Shown: positions 1-13,154, numbered from the stretch's first letter. The stretch: 64,000 nt of DNA from Leucoraja ocellata (GCA_036785375.1 JAWMAR010000300.1:248001-312000), one strand, 5' to 3'. The notes: a model not told the origin generated them from the sequence alone. A program made the numbers and translations.

Positions 1-98
1 AAAATTCACTTTAAAATTTCGAGGCCATGCTCTATACTCCTGACAATCCAAGTCTGTCGGTATTTAGCAATTAATTGCTAACATTTAAATTGGATTCC

Positions 99-378
99 TT
101 TAGTTTAGTTTAGTGATACAGCACATCGAGTCTGCGCTGACCAGCGATTCCCGTACACTAGCACTATCCCACACGCGAGGGACAATTTACAATCTTTACT
201 GAAGTCAATTAACCTACAAACCCGAACGTTTTTGGAATGTGGGAAGAAACTGGTGCATCCTGGGCAAACCTACGCAGTGGAGGGGAAAAAGTACAAACTC
301 TGTACAGACAGCACCTGTAGTCAGGATCAAACCCGGGACCCTGGCATTGTAAGGCAGCAACTCTACTGCTGTGCCACC
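99..378 (-). mobile_element. HE1-type V-SINE
   Basis: tRNA-like head (ggtggcacagcagtagagttgctgcc...gggtttgatcc), V-domain-like core and (AAACT)n tail on the minus strand. Confidence 0.8.
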
Positions 379-949
379 GTTCATTGATGTGCATTTTATC
401 ATATGACTGCTAAACAAGTCATAGACTCACACAGCACAGAAAGAGGCTCTTTGGATCATGCCAACTCCGATGCCCCATCTACACTAGTCCCCCCTGCCTG
501 CATTTGGCCCATATCCCACGAAACCTTTCCTATCCACGTTCAAATCTTTAAACAAAAATAGTAAGATGAAATTGACATGATGTATAAATGATGCATCTGG
601 TTGCATTAGATTTGAATTATTCCAAACACAATTATTTTAAGTGGTAAAGCCAGTATGTCTGATGGAGAACTTTCTAAATAAAGTATCACGAAAAGCATCG
701 AGGACTGTGTATGCTGGTCACATTTTTGTGGGAAATAGGATAAATCTCCAAGTAACATATCCATTTACATGATGAGAAGATTAGCACAATGTAAAAGTGC
801 CAGCTATTTAGCTTCATGCATTCTTGGTCATTTCTCAGAGCAATTAACTGTCAACTAAACTGGAGGGTTCAGAACAACAACTCCGTATACTACTTACACT
901 AAGTTAATTCATAAACTGCTATGATGTGCTTTGCACTTGTGTCGTGCGA

Positions 950-1605
950 TTAAAAGGTTAATTTGCAGGATGAGTCAGCGGTAAGGAAGGCAAGAGCAAT
1001 GCTAGCGATCATTTCAAGGGGAGTAGAATATAAAACCAAGGATGTAATGCTGAGGCTTTATCAGGCACTGGTCAGGCCACATTTGAAATATTGTGAGCAG
1101 TTTTGAGCCCCATATCTGAGGAAGGATGCGCTTGCTCTGGAGACTGTCCAGAGGAGGTTTACGAGAATGACCCCAGGGATTATTGGGTTAACATATGAGG
1201 ACCATTTGAAGGCTCTGGTCCTGTACCTGCTGGAGTTTAGAAGGACGAGGGGATGGATCCTCATTGAAATCTACTGGATAATTAGAGACCTAGATAGAGT
1301 GGACATAGAAAGGGTGTTTCCATTAGTGGGAGAGTCTAGAGCCACAGGGCACAGCCTCCGAATAAAAAGATGTAGCATCAAAATAAAGACAAGGTGAATT
1401 TCTTTAGCCAGAGGGTGGTGAACCTGTGGTGGAGGCAAAGTCATTGGGTATTTTTAAGACAGAGATTGGTATGTTCTTTGATTAGTAAGGGTGTCAAAGG
1501 TTACCGGGAGAAGGTCTACTGGGGTTGAGAGGGAAAAATAGATCAGCCATGATTGAATGGGAGAGTAAACATGACAGGCTGAATGGCCTGATTCTGCACC
1601 TATGT
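950..1605 (+). mobile_element. CR1 LINE 3' fragment (RT C-terminus and 3' UTR), degraded
   Basis: Encodes RPHLKYCEQF / MTPGIIGLTYED / GHSLRIK motifs with stops, followed by a CR1 3' UTR. Confidence 0.85.
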
Positions 1606-3099
1606 CTGATGGTCTCCCATCTCCACTCCCCTGCATTCAGCCTTTGCATTGTTAATTTGACTGAAGCAAAGAATATCCGTGTGGAAAACTGTGCAAGAAC
1701 CATACCCAGTTACTTTCTAGCATGATATGTTACTTTACCATCCAATCAGTGAGGGGAACTGTTGTAATGAGCCTATGGTACCTTGCAGTAATAATTATAG
1801 GGCATATAGGTCACAGAACATTTTTTTGAAGCCTGCTTAATTTACCCAACACCGATTTATATTTGTGCCAACCTGGTAAATGACCTGGTCAGTACTCCCA
1901 ATATTCCTAAACTCGTTGATAGAAAATCCAAGCCAATACATTACTGTGCTCTTGGTTAACAGGGCTGTGTTGCTTCAGTTCTACACACAACCTTCCTTTG
2001 TACCGTTTGATATTTATGATAATTTTTGACAGTAGGATACACTCACAGAAGTAGTTATTTCATAGTTAGCAAAGCAGGCAGTCTTTGTTAAGGGGAATGG
2101 CACTGACGATGATGAAAGTATATCACATGATGAAAGTATATCGCAGTAAAAACAAGAAATTTATATCAACCACGTTAATGTCGGGAATATAATCTAAACG
2201 CACAATGCAGATGGCCAGTAATGACACTCTGTAGGAGTGCAATAATAATAAGCACTTTTCCAAGTTAAATACTTTCATCTTATGCCAGGCTTTCCGCAGG
2301 GATAGCTTAATCATAACGATTCCTCGCTGATCACAAATTCATCCTCCACTGATCACAAGCAGGATCTTCTGCCAGCTGTCAGCTAAAGCCTTTGGCAGCA
2401 GAAGGCTGTCAGTGTGGCTCAGTTTGTGATATATAAGATAACTCTTCAGATTTGAGCTGAGTAACACGTTTCTACCTACAATCTAATGAGTAAGAACCGC
2501 TGTCCTGTTAAAAGCATATTTTTTCACACGAGAATTGGGATCACCCGGATGCGTAAAGGGAAGAAAATAAAAATTGTGGAAACAACATCTACAAAGGAGG
2601 TAGCAAATTTTAAATCGTTAAGGCTTTGGGTACAGAATGCTTCGCAGTATTTTCCATTAATAGACTTTGATTCCATTTCAAGAAGAACAAAGATTAAAAT
2701 TTACTACACACAGAATAAAAGCAAAACCTAATGGGATTTTAAAATTCTGCAGCCAATGAGGAACAATTGTTGAAGAAAATTTATATTGATCTAGCTTCAT
2801 CTTATGTCCTTATCAACAGCAAAATGTTTCACAAGCAATAAATTATTTTGACAATATAGCCACAGTTTTGTGGTTAACTGTCAGTAGTAAATTAATTTAA
2901 TATGGTTTAAATTTAAACAGGAAGCATAAGCAATATCTGCAGCAAAAAAACAAGGCCTGAAATTTATTCTCTATCCTTTCGTCACCTTCATAAAGAATTG
3001 CTGTTCATTTTGACTGCTGAAGGGTAGCAACTGTGTTGACAGCAAGGAGGGTGAACAACTATCTAATCAAATCAACCGAGGTCCTAGCTTTTGGCAATC

Positions 3100-3504
3100 T
3101 CTTGAAGCCATCTGCAAATGTTATTGTTAGATTACCGGTGGACCCAAGCCAAAGATACTTCCACCAAAGCCAACAATAATCTTACAGCTATGAAGGTGAC
3201 CAATATAGTCAACCTGAACTCATCTCAATAAACCTATTAACAGCCTCCAGGAAATCCATCAATTATAGCTTAGAGCTCAGCCTAGGATCACGTGTAAAAG
3301 CAAATGTTATCTGCATATTGCAGCTCGACAACTGAGGTTTGGCTAATCTTGCTTCTGGAGGGTGGACATCTTAAGGCAACCAGTTTCCCATTAGTACTGA
3401 AGATAAGCTTGACTCCAGCTGAAAGCTTGTTGAGATGTAATATTGTGGTAAGAAAGATTGAGAAGCATGTTGGTGTGAAGACGCAGCCTTGTTTGACACT
3501 TATA
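3100..3504 (-). mobile_element. Old RTE-clade LINE RT fragment; probably continues degraded to about 5700 beyond the nested CR1
   Basis: SVKQGCVFTPTCFSIF...GVKLIFSTNGKL...ELQYADN matches RTE/BovB-type motifs (GVKQGCVLAP, ELQYADD). Confidence 0.7.
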
Positions 3505-4440
3505 ACCATAACCATATAACAATTACAGCATGGAAACAGGCCATCTCCATATAACAATTACAGCACGGAAACAGGCTATCTCGACCCTTCTAGTCCGTGC
3601 CGAACACGTATTCTCCCCTAGTCCCATATACCTGCGCTCAGACCATAACCCTCCATTCCTTTCCCGTCCTTATAACTATCCAATTTATTTTTAAATGATA
3701 AAAACGAACCTGCCTCCACCACCTTCACTGGAAGCTCATTCCACACAGACACCACTCTCTGAGTAAAGAAGTTCCCCCTCATGTTACCCCTAAACATCTG
3801 TCCCTTAATTCTCAAGTCATGTCCCCTTGTTTGAATCTTCCCTACTCTCAGTGGGGAAAGCTTATCCACGTCAACTCTGTCTATCCCTCTCATCATTTTA
3901 AAGACCTCTATCAAGTCCCCCCTTAACCTTCTGTGCTCCAAAGAATAAAGTCCTAACTTGTTCAACCTTTCTCTGTAACTTAGTTGCTGAAACCCAGGCA
4001 ACATTCTAGTAAATCTCCTCTGTACTCTCTCTATTTTGTTGACATCCTTCCTATAATTAGGAAGGATGTCAACAAAATAGATTTATAATTATAATTTTAA
4101 ATACTTTCGCATCTCCTCAAAGTTAGCCTTTCTCCAATCAAAAATCTCAACCCTAGGTCCAGTTCTGACCCTCTCCATAAATATATTGAAACTAAAGGTA
4201 TTGTGATCACTGGTCCCGAACTGTTCCTCAAAGCATACCTCTGCCACCTGACCCGTCTCATTTCCTAACAGGAGGTCCAGCACCGCCCCTTCTCTAGTAG
4301 GTACTTCTTTGTATTGCTGCAAAAAACTATCCTGCACACATTTTACAAACTCCAACCCATCCAGCCCATTTACAGAATGTGTTTCCCAGTCTATGTGTGG
4401 AAAATTGAAATCTCCCACAATCACTACCTTGTGCTTACTA
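3505..4440 (-). mobile_element. CR1 LINE, (ATATGGTT)n-tail subfamily, internally deleted (endonuclease segment joined to RT C-terminus)
   Basis: ORF 4089-4493 has APE motifs VIVGDFNFPHIDW / LDLLL / SDHN; ORF 3618-4004 is the CR1 ORF2 C-terminus; tail at 3505-3580. Confidence 0.9.
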
Positions 4441-5814
4441 CTACTTGTCTTCAATTGATAGCTTTGGTGGGTAAACCCATATAAGGCTTTCATACAACCA
4501 TTCCTACAGTTTGCACATGTTTTCAGCTTCCCTATTCAAAGTTAGTTATATGTGTCTTGTAACTGCATAGAGAACGTTCATCAGATTGATTCCTGGAAAA
4601 AAGGTATTTTAAGGAACAATGTAGTAAATTGATTGGACACCCTCAGAAATTTAGAAGTGATTTTATGAAATATGCCTGATTCTTCAGGGGCTTGATGGGG
4701 ATGATGTAATGAGGATGTTTCCTCTATTGAGGGAGCCTATAACCAGGGACTCCCTTTATATTGAAATTTCATCCATTCAAGGCTCAGATTAAAAGGAGCC
4801 TTCTGAGACACAAGCTTCAGTTAAAAACACCTTGCTAGAGTAACTCAAAGTCTCAAGGTGTAATACTCAAAACACAGCAATTCAACTGAAGAAACAAAAA
4901 TCTAAAACCATCAACTAATTAGAAAAATAGATATAACTTCCTCTCCAACAAAATGAATGGATCTGCTAAACCTGTGGAGGGACAGAGTGGGCACCTTTCC
5001 TGGTTTATCTACTGGGAATCTGCAGACCAATTTACATTCTCTAATGAGCACAGTCACAATGACAATGTGAGGAGCTTCTAAGATGTTTTGGACTTTTGTG
5101 TTCCGATAAGAGGACCTCAGAAGTGTCTCTGACTGCAAGATGAAGAATGTCTGGCAATTGGTGGATCCAGGCTCATGGAGTTCCCATTATGGACACTCCT
5201 CCCTGCTTTAATTTAGGCCCCACTCTATTGCTACGCTGGTGGAACAACTCACAACAGGATGAGCAATGGGATTTGTGTAGGCATCACCAGGTGGGGTCAG
5301 GGTCAAACAATACATCAGGGTCTCCAAGCAGAACTAGACAGGCTCTCAAAGTGAGGGATGGATCTGCTCATTGCCAGATAGGTTCTCAAATTTCTGGCCT
5401 TTGAAGTTCAGAAATACGAAACTAGTGAGGCGTTTCTTCATCTCATTCAAAACAAATAAAGAACCTGCCAATGGATCCCCAAACTTCACTGCACCGAATG
5501 CAGGAACAGATGTTCGTAACTGGAATTAAATTGTTCTTGATAAGGGCATTGAAACAAAATTCCAGAGAGTGTTCATCATGGCAACAAAGTTATGGAGATT
5601 ATTATAGGTGGTTGTAAATTGGAAACCAAGATCCTCATCAAAACCACTTTTCTCTTAAACTGAAATCAGGTTGGGAAGATTGCCATTTCTTTCCATTTCT
5701 AAATGCACAGCCCATTAACAAATTATTCCCATATACATACAGATTTTTGGAATTTCAACACAATTTGAGGCAATGCATCATATTTTATGATACAGGTGCC
5801 TCTCTATGTTAGCG

Positions 5815-6250
5815 TCATAGAGTCATAGAGTGATTCAGTGTGAAAACAGGCCCTTCGGCCCAACTTGTCCAGCTTCACTAGTCCCACCTGTGCTTGGTCT
5901 ATATCCATCCAAACCTGTCCTATCCATGTACCTGTCTAACTGTTTGTTAATTGATGGGATAGTCCCAGCCTCAACTACCTCCTCTGGCAGCTTGTTCCAT
6001 GCACCCACCACCCTTCGCGTGAAAAAGTTACCCCCCGGATTCCTATTAAATCTTTTCCCCTTCACCTCGAACCAATGTCCTCTGGTCCTCGATTCCGCTA
6101 CTCTGGGCAAGCGACTCTGATCTATTTTTCTCATGATTTTGAACACCTTATGAGCACTCGTCATCCTCCTGTGCTCGAAGGAATAGAGACCGAGCCTACT
6201 CAACCTCGCCCTATAGCTCACACCCTCTAGTCTTGGCAACATCCTTGTAA
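5815..6250 (-). mobile_element. CR1 LINE 3' fragment, (CTATGACT)n-tail subfamily
   Basis: MLPRLEGVSY...TRGHWFEVKG...NFFTRRVVGAWNKLPEEVVEAG, followed by the tail. Confidence 0.85.
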
Positions 6251-6459
6251 GGGAGGTAGGTAGGTGTGCTAGGCTTGAATGCCTAGATAAACTTCTGCAT
6301 CACGATTTTTCATAATGCAAAGCTGTATCATCTAAGCATGCATCAAGGAATGAGAGTTGAAAAAATAATTGTAATTGGAGACACAACAAACTGCATTTGC
6401 TGGAATTTTGTATTTATTTACTTTTTTCCACTTAAATTCTGAGAGAGTGAATGTTATTC

Positions 6460-7125
6460 ATATTCATAAGTGACAGGAGCAGAATCAAGCCATTCAGCCC
6501 CATCAAGTCTACTCCGCCATTCAATCATGGCTGATCTGTTTCTCTCTCTCAACCTAATTCTCCTGCCTTCTTCCCATAACACCCGACACCCATATTAATC
6601 AAGAATCTATCTATCACTGGCTTAAAAATTATCCACTGACTTGGCCTCCACATCCTTCTGCGCCAATGAATTCCACAGATTCACCACCCTCTGACTAAAG
6701 AAATTTCTCCTCATCTCTGAAGGAACGTCCTCTTATTCTGAGGCTATGACCTCTGGTCCTAAACTCTCCCACTAGTGGAAACATCCTTTCCAGCCTCAAA
6801 TTTTTTAATACTGATTTGTGGATTTCCATTACCCATGATTGTAACATAGGGTTCGCCTGAAATTATATCTAATAGAGTCATACAGCGTGGAAACAGGACT
6901 ATCGGTGCAACCTGCCCATGCTGACTAACATGCCCCATCTACACTAGTCTCACCTGCCTGTGCATGGCCCATATTCTTCTAAACCTGTCCTAGCTATGTA
7001 ACTGTCCAAATATTTCTTAAATGCTGTGATAGTACCTACCTCAATTACCTTCCCTGTTAGCATGTTCCACACACCCACCACCATTTGTGTAAAAAAGTTA
7101 CCCCTCAGGTTCCTCTTAATCTGGC
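6460..7125 (-). mobile_element. Two short CR1 3'-end fragments (about 6460-6790 and 6872-7125)
   Basis: Homologous to other CR1 3' ends in the window (RVVNLWNS / GNFFTQ motifs, 3' UTR). Confidence 0.8.
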
Positions 7126-7339
7126 ATGGAGTGAGTAATACAAGGAAATGGCTGCCGTTCCCTTTAAATAATTGCATCATTTGCTTTTTTTCTCTCACAC
7201 ATGCACACCTCCAAACCTCCCCTATGCTCTCTCTGCATTCCCTCCCCATCCCCACCCATCCACCTTTTTTCCACACACACAAAGGAACAAATGTTAAAAA
7301 TATGAAATATTTACTAAAATTTACTGATTGAGAACTTAC

Positions 7340-7567
7340 AAGGCAGTTTGGTGGCCAGCCATGGAGAGGAGTTTGGCACATAACCACTTTTTGTTGCAAC
7401 AATAAACAGTTGAGCTCCAAGTGTGTAGTGAAAGGTGATGAAGGCTATCCCATCTGCTTCTGAATATCCTGAAGCAAATGAAGTCTGGTTGGTAAAAATC
7501 TCAATGAAGACTTTATCTAAAGGCTGATGGGTACTGGAATCACTCACATGGACTTTTAACGTCACAT
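7340..7567 (-). CDS. FAM171A1: Internal coding exon (exon 2 equivalent) of FAM171A1, a type I membrane protein; extracellular N-terminal domain
   Basis: Minus strand reads ttttcttttcag|AT GTG ACG TTA AAA ... AAA CTG CCT T|gtaagt: canonical acceptor and donor, 228 bp, phase 1/1. Translation [75 protein letters not shown] matches my recollection of human FAM171A1 (VTLKVHISDASTHQP...YVPNSAPWKPIRLP). Paralogues FAM171A2 and FAM171B are less likely. Confidence 0.9.
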
Positions 7568-7679
7568 CTGAAAAGAAAACAGAAAAATATTATGAGATAT
7601 TACTGATCAGACAGAAAATTAGATGGAAGAAAACAGCTTTGCATTTGCTCTCACGTATTAGGTTTGCACCAATATCAAG

Positions 7680-8435
7680 CACACACCTTGTTCCTGCTAG
7701 GGCCAGCTTCTTTCCAGCTGTTATCAGGCAACGGAATCATCCTACCACAAATAAAGAGCAGTCCTGAACTACTATTTATCTCCTTACATAGAAACATAGA
7801 AAATAGCCAAATATGATCATGGCTGTTCATCCAAAATCAGTACCTCGTTCCTGCTTTCTCCCCATATCCCTTGGTTCTGTTCATTGATTACCCTGGGACT
7901 ATCTTTGATCAGCCTTTAGGTGCTTTACCTTGCACTAAACATTATTACCTAATCATGTATACTACAAATGGCTTGATTGTAATCATGTATTGCCTTTCCA
8001 CTGACTGGTTAGCGGGCAACAAAGCATTTCACTGTACGTGAAGACGTAACGATAAACTAAACTGATAATTGCTTATTATCATATTGCTGTGAGATGATTC
8101 TGCACATAAGATAAGTCAACAATATTATATATTTTCAAAATGACAAGGGTTGGAACTAAGCAATAATATTGGCGCCGACCGATGGATGAGGGCGGATCAT
8201 GCGGAGTGAGGATGCTGTGAGGGAGTGGGGGGGGGAGGACAATGGAGAACCTGGTGTGGGCAGACTGCTGTGAGGGAGGGGGGAAGACGGGAAGAACAAG
8301 GGTAGACCAGTTGCGGGCTGCCTTGTAACTTTGTACGCACTCTTTATGTGGTGACTATTGCATAGCTTGGGTATGCAAATAAAGAATCTTACTGTGACTT
8401 GTCACATGTGACAATAAAGCAATGATTCATTCACA
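7680..8435 (+). mobile_element. Rex1/Babar-like 3' UTR fragments (7680-8065 with a nested CR1 tail; 8170-8435)
   Basis: Shared 3' signature tttcactgtac...gtgacaataaa with (AAACT)/(ATTC) tails, also seen after Rex-like coding sequence at 13155-13545 and 50000-50420. Confidence 0.55.
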
Positions 8436-9985
8436 CATAATAAACCTACTCCAGGAGAAAGTTTAATGGGTCTTGATCTATTTAAAAAGACAACACCCCA
8501 GCATGTTGCAACCATCAATTTAATGCTAATTCTAAGTTTTTTGCAATGAATTCCCATACCGAATGACTGGTCATTTCGTCCACTAGTACCGCTGAGCTTG
8601 TACTTGTTGTGATGCACAGCGCTAGAGCAGAAATCTGCGCCAACTGCATCAAATTTTACCTTCCTCAATTTTCTATTTGAGGCACATTTAAAGCTGTTGT
8701 TTGCACAATCTGAGGACCAGCAGGTAGATTCCAGCTCTTCAGCTGCTCCCTTCAAGTAGATAGTTTTGGTGGCCCTTTTACATGTTTCTGTGATTCATGT
8801 AGTCTGCGGAAGAACCTTGATACAATTTTTACTTTCTACATACAGGAGTCATAGGTTATAGAGAAAGATACAGCACTAAGCAGGCTCCTAGGCCCAGCAA
8901 ATCTACGCCATCCATCAGCCACCTATTTTGAACTAATCCTATATTAATCACATTACTTATTACCCTGACGTTCACATCAATTTGAACGGAGCAACAGCGA
9001 GGAGGTTACGGCGCACTATGTACATTATTCATCGGGCCATAGATGACGTACTGAATGCTTGTAGTGGCCACACTGTAGGTAGGATGTGATTGCACAGGGG
9101 AAGATGCAGAATTATCTAATTCTGGAAAGCCTTGCCCACGTAGGTAGAGGAGGGGAACTCCACAATGTTTAACTACTTGAATAGTGCTTGGTATTCAAGT
9201 GCTTATCTAAATACTTAGATGGGATTCTACTTAAAAGCCTTAGTGCAATTTTGTTTTCTACAGTGGGAGCAATAACCTATAGAGAAATATACAGCACGAA
9301 ACAGGCTCTGCAGCCCAACAAGTCCTTGCCATCCCCCAACCATCCATTTATACTAATCCCACATTAATCTCATTCTATACTCTCCAGACATTCCCATCAA
9401 TTCCCACTGCTCACCCCACTCAGGTCCCACACTCATTTACACACCAGATACGATTTACAGTGTCTAATTAAGCTACTAAACCACACGTATTTGGGAAGGA
9501 AGGAAACCAATACATTAACAGGAACATAGAAGGACAAGAATAAGAAGGATACAAGCCAAGTATTGGAACATGGGATTAACATAGATTGGTTCTCTGTAGC
9601 TGGCATGGATTTGGTGGGCTAAAGGCTCTTTTTCCACACTGTGTCATTCCATGACTATCTGGCACAAATGCCACCATTCAAGAGATACAGTAGATCTTGC
9701 TACTACAGATTTTTGGTCAGATACTCAATAATATTTTTTTATTTCAACAAACAATGCAGTTTTTTTTTTAAACAACGAAACCTGAAAAATAAAAGAAATT
9801 CACAAAAGATGTTCAAAATCCAAAATTAAAACAAAAAAATCTGGAAACGCTTTGCAGGCAAATTACCATTTTGTGGAATGAGAAATTAACTTAATAATTT
9901 AAGTTAGGGACCCTTCATCAGAACATGAAAGAAAAAATATGTTAATTTTAAGATGCAGAGAGTATTTGGAAATGTTGTGATGCAC

Positions 9986-10098
9986 GGGGGGTGGGGGGAG
10001 GGTGGGGGGGGGGGGAGGGTGGGGGTGGGGGTGGGGGGAGGGTGGGGGGGAGGGTGGGGGTGGGGGGAGGGTGGGGGGGTGGGGCGGAGGGGGAAGGG
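9986..10098 (+). repeat. G-rich low-complexity tract (G-quadruplex-prone)
   Basis: About 110 bp of G3-G12 runs separated mostly by single T or A. Confidence 0.9.
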
Positions 10099-10334
10099 AA
10101 AGAGCATTGATAGGATGAAGGGAATATCTGTGATAGGGTGAAGCCAGGCAAATGGGTTAATGAGGCATTTAGAGGTTGTCTGCTGATGAAAGGTTTCAAA
10201 CCCAAATCATTGACTGTGTATCTCACTCGGGATGCTGCCTCACCTGCTAAGTGTTTCCATCATTTTCTGTTTCTAATCTCTGAAAAATAAAAGGACAGCT
10301 CATGCAAATCCCCAAGATAATTCACAATTATATA

Positions 10335-11310
10335 GATATACAGCACGAAAATAGGTCATTTGGCCCAACTTGTCCATGCCAATCAAATAAGCTTGTCCCA
10401 TTTGCCTTGTTCAGGTCCACATACTTCTAAACGTTTCCTGTCGATGTACCTGTTCAAATGTCTTTTAGGTATTGCTATTGTACCTGCAGCTTCTTTTGGT
10501 AGCTCATTCTATATATCCATCATCTTATGTGTGGAAAAAGTTGTTCCTTATGTCCCCTTTAAGTGCGGTCTCTTGTACATTTTTAACACAACGTTCCAAC
10601 TCTTGTATCCAGTGCTCTGATCAAGAAAGGTTTAGAAACATAGAAAATGTATGCAGAAGTAGGCCATTCGGCCCTTCGAGCCAGCACCACCATCCAACAT
10701 GATCATGGCTGATCATCCAAAATTAGTGCCCCATTCCTGCTTTCGCCCCATATCCCTTGATTCCATTAGCCCTAAGAGATATATCTAACTCTCTTTTGAA
10801 AACATCCAGTGAATTGGCCTCCACTGCCTTTTGTGGCAGAGAATTCCACAGATTCACAACTCTCTCGATGAAAAAGTTTTTCCTCATCTCAGTCTTCTGT
10901 GAAGACTCACGCAGAAGGCTTCTGTGTTAAAAGCCCTTTTCCCCACTTGCCTAGCTGTGTCACCACTTTCAGGCAACTATGTACCCTTAGATCCCTCTAT
11001 TCTATTACACTCCATAAGGCCCTGCCATTTACAGTGCAGGTACCTTGGTTTAAAACATCCCAGAATACAACAGCTTGCACATGTCCAAGTTAAATTCTGT
11101 CTGCCATTCTTCAACTCACTTTCCCAGTTGATCTAGATCCAGTTGTAATCTTACATAACCTTCTTCACTGTCCACTGTACCACCAATGTTTGTATCATAA
11201 CAAACCTACTAACTATGTCTATTACATTCTCAGCCAAATTGTTAAAATAGATGACAAACAACATCGGACCTAGCACCGATCCCTGCAGCACATCACTGGC
11301 CATAGGCCTC
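10335..11310 (-). mobile_element. Cluster of nested, degraded CR1 fragments
   Basis: LQGSVLGPMLFVIY RT motif (11151-11423 ORF); CR1 tails at about 10335 and 10630. Confidence 0.75.
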
Positions 11311-11674
11311 CAAGGGTATGCAGCTTTAAAAATATATATAACTATTTGTGCCTTGCTGGTTGGTAATGTTAACATGTGAACCTCATGATATTCAGCATAT
11401 ATTTTCGCAGCCTGGTTAGGCACTACTTGGTACCAGGTATGGCATTTTCATGGCAATGAATAAACATGTCTAATCCAACTCTAAGAGTAGCATGGTGCAC
11501 AATAATATTTAAAAAAAGACACAAAGTGCTGGAGGAACTCAGCAGGTCAGGCAGTATCCCTGGAGAACATGGACGGGTGACATTTCGGGTCGGGACCCGA
11601 CTTCAGCCTTTTTTTGTAAACCAGCATCAACAATTCCTTGTTTCTGCACAATAATATAATTGGTCCATTTCATA

Positions 11675-12130
11675 TATAGAAATATAGAAACATAGAAAAT
11701 AGGTGCAGGAGTAGGCCATTCGGCCCTTCGAGCCTGCACCGCCATTCAATATGATCATGGCTGATCATCCAACTCAGTATCCCGGACGTGCCTTCTCTCC
11801 ATACCCCCTGATCCCTTTTGCCACACGGGCCACATCTAACTCCCTCTTAAATATAGCCAATGAACTGGCCTCAACTACCTTCTGTGGCAGAGAATGCCAG
11901 AGATTCACCACTCTGTGTGAAAAACGTTTTTCTCATCTCAGTCCTAAAAGATTTCCCCCTTATTCTTAAACTGTGATCCCTTGTTCTGGACTTCCCCAAC
12001 ACCAGGAACAATCTTCCTGCATCTAGCCTGTCCAACCCCTTAAGAATTTTGTAAGTTTCTATAAGATCCCCCCTCAATCTTCTAAATTCTAGCGAGTATA
12101 AACCGAGTCTATCCAGTCTTTCTTCATATG
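11675..12130 (-). mobile_element. Young CR1 3' fragment, (TTTCTATG)n-tail subfamily
   Basis: YEERLDRLGLYSLEFRRLRGDLIETYKILKG; nearly identical to the copies at 32704, 54016 and 61690. Confidence 0.9.
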
Positions 12131-13154
12131 TCTTCATATGCATCGTTAGCATTATTGGGAAAGTAATAACCAATTATTAAGAGGTTTTCAGGACATCTGA
12201 ACATCTTAAACTGCTTGCCGTAGCTATAGCTGGAATGCAGCATACCACATTAACACTAAACTAGGCAGAACCTCTGTGCTATGGACTCGCAAATAAGTAT
12301 ATGCACATGGTGTAGCATAATGTGTATATTGCCGTCAAATTTAATAAAAATTGTATTCAAATTAATTTCACGAGGAATATAAAACATAGAACAGCACAGT
12401 ACAGCATAAGAGCAGGCCCTTCGGCCCACAATGTCTGTGCCACAAATTTTCACCCAACAGTTCAGCATGATTTTTGAGCCAGTTTCAAAACCATAATGTT
12501 CTACTTTTCTGCTAATATTCCTGTGCTACAACCTGTAGATTTCAGTGTCCCAAGGACACTTCTTTTGAATATTGCTGGTCTGGATGAGATTAAATTAAGT
12601 ATTAGCATTTTCTGGTGAGCTATGGTTGAAACCTTTCTTTAAATGATTAACATTTTACCATTAGGAATCAGATTTTTCACTTAAACATGGCATTTTTTGA
12701 ATTACAAACACTTTCCTTTGACTCAGGAATGTCCCCCCCCCCCCCTCCCCTCCTAATAAAGCACTGTTTGTTTCCCACTATGTGCCGTGTCAATTGTTCT
12801 TAACTAAAATTATTCAATCTGCTTTAGCACTTCAGGTTAAGGTGAAGCCGTTTTTATTGACCCCTGATTCTAATCACTATCCAGTTACCATTATTGGCAA
12901 GCACCGACTGTTGGTGTCTGTGTAGCATAGTTTACTGGCTAATCTGCCAAGTATACTTCCACAAGAGATCAAGTTGTCTGGCAATTTTCAGCACTAAGAC
13001 TCACTCTTCATAATGGCCCCATGGGTGTGATATATAGATGAAAAATAGATAAATGTAGGCCTTTGGGGTGTTCCACCTTTTATTGTGATCTGTGTCCAAA
13101 CCTGGAACATTAATTCTACAGTATTTCTCTCTCTACAAGTGCGACCCAACTACA

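Larger units (their letters stand above)
1..7339 (-). other. Probable downstream intron (intron 2) of FAM171A1
   Basis: GT donor at 7339-7338; next exon not recognised within the window. Confidence 0.6.

Noticed and set aside
9904-10226. Poly-Pro and poly-Gly ORFs
   Set aside because: Translations of the G-rich low-complexity tract.
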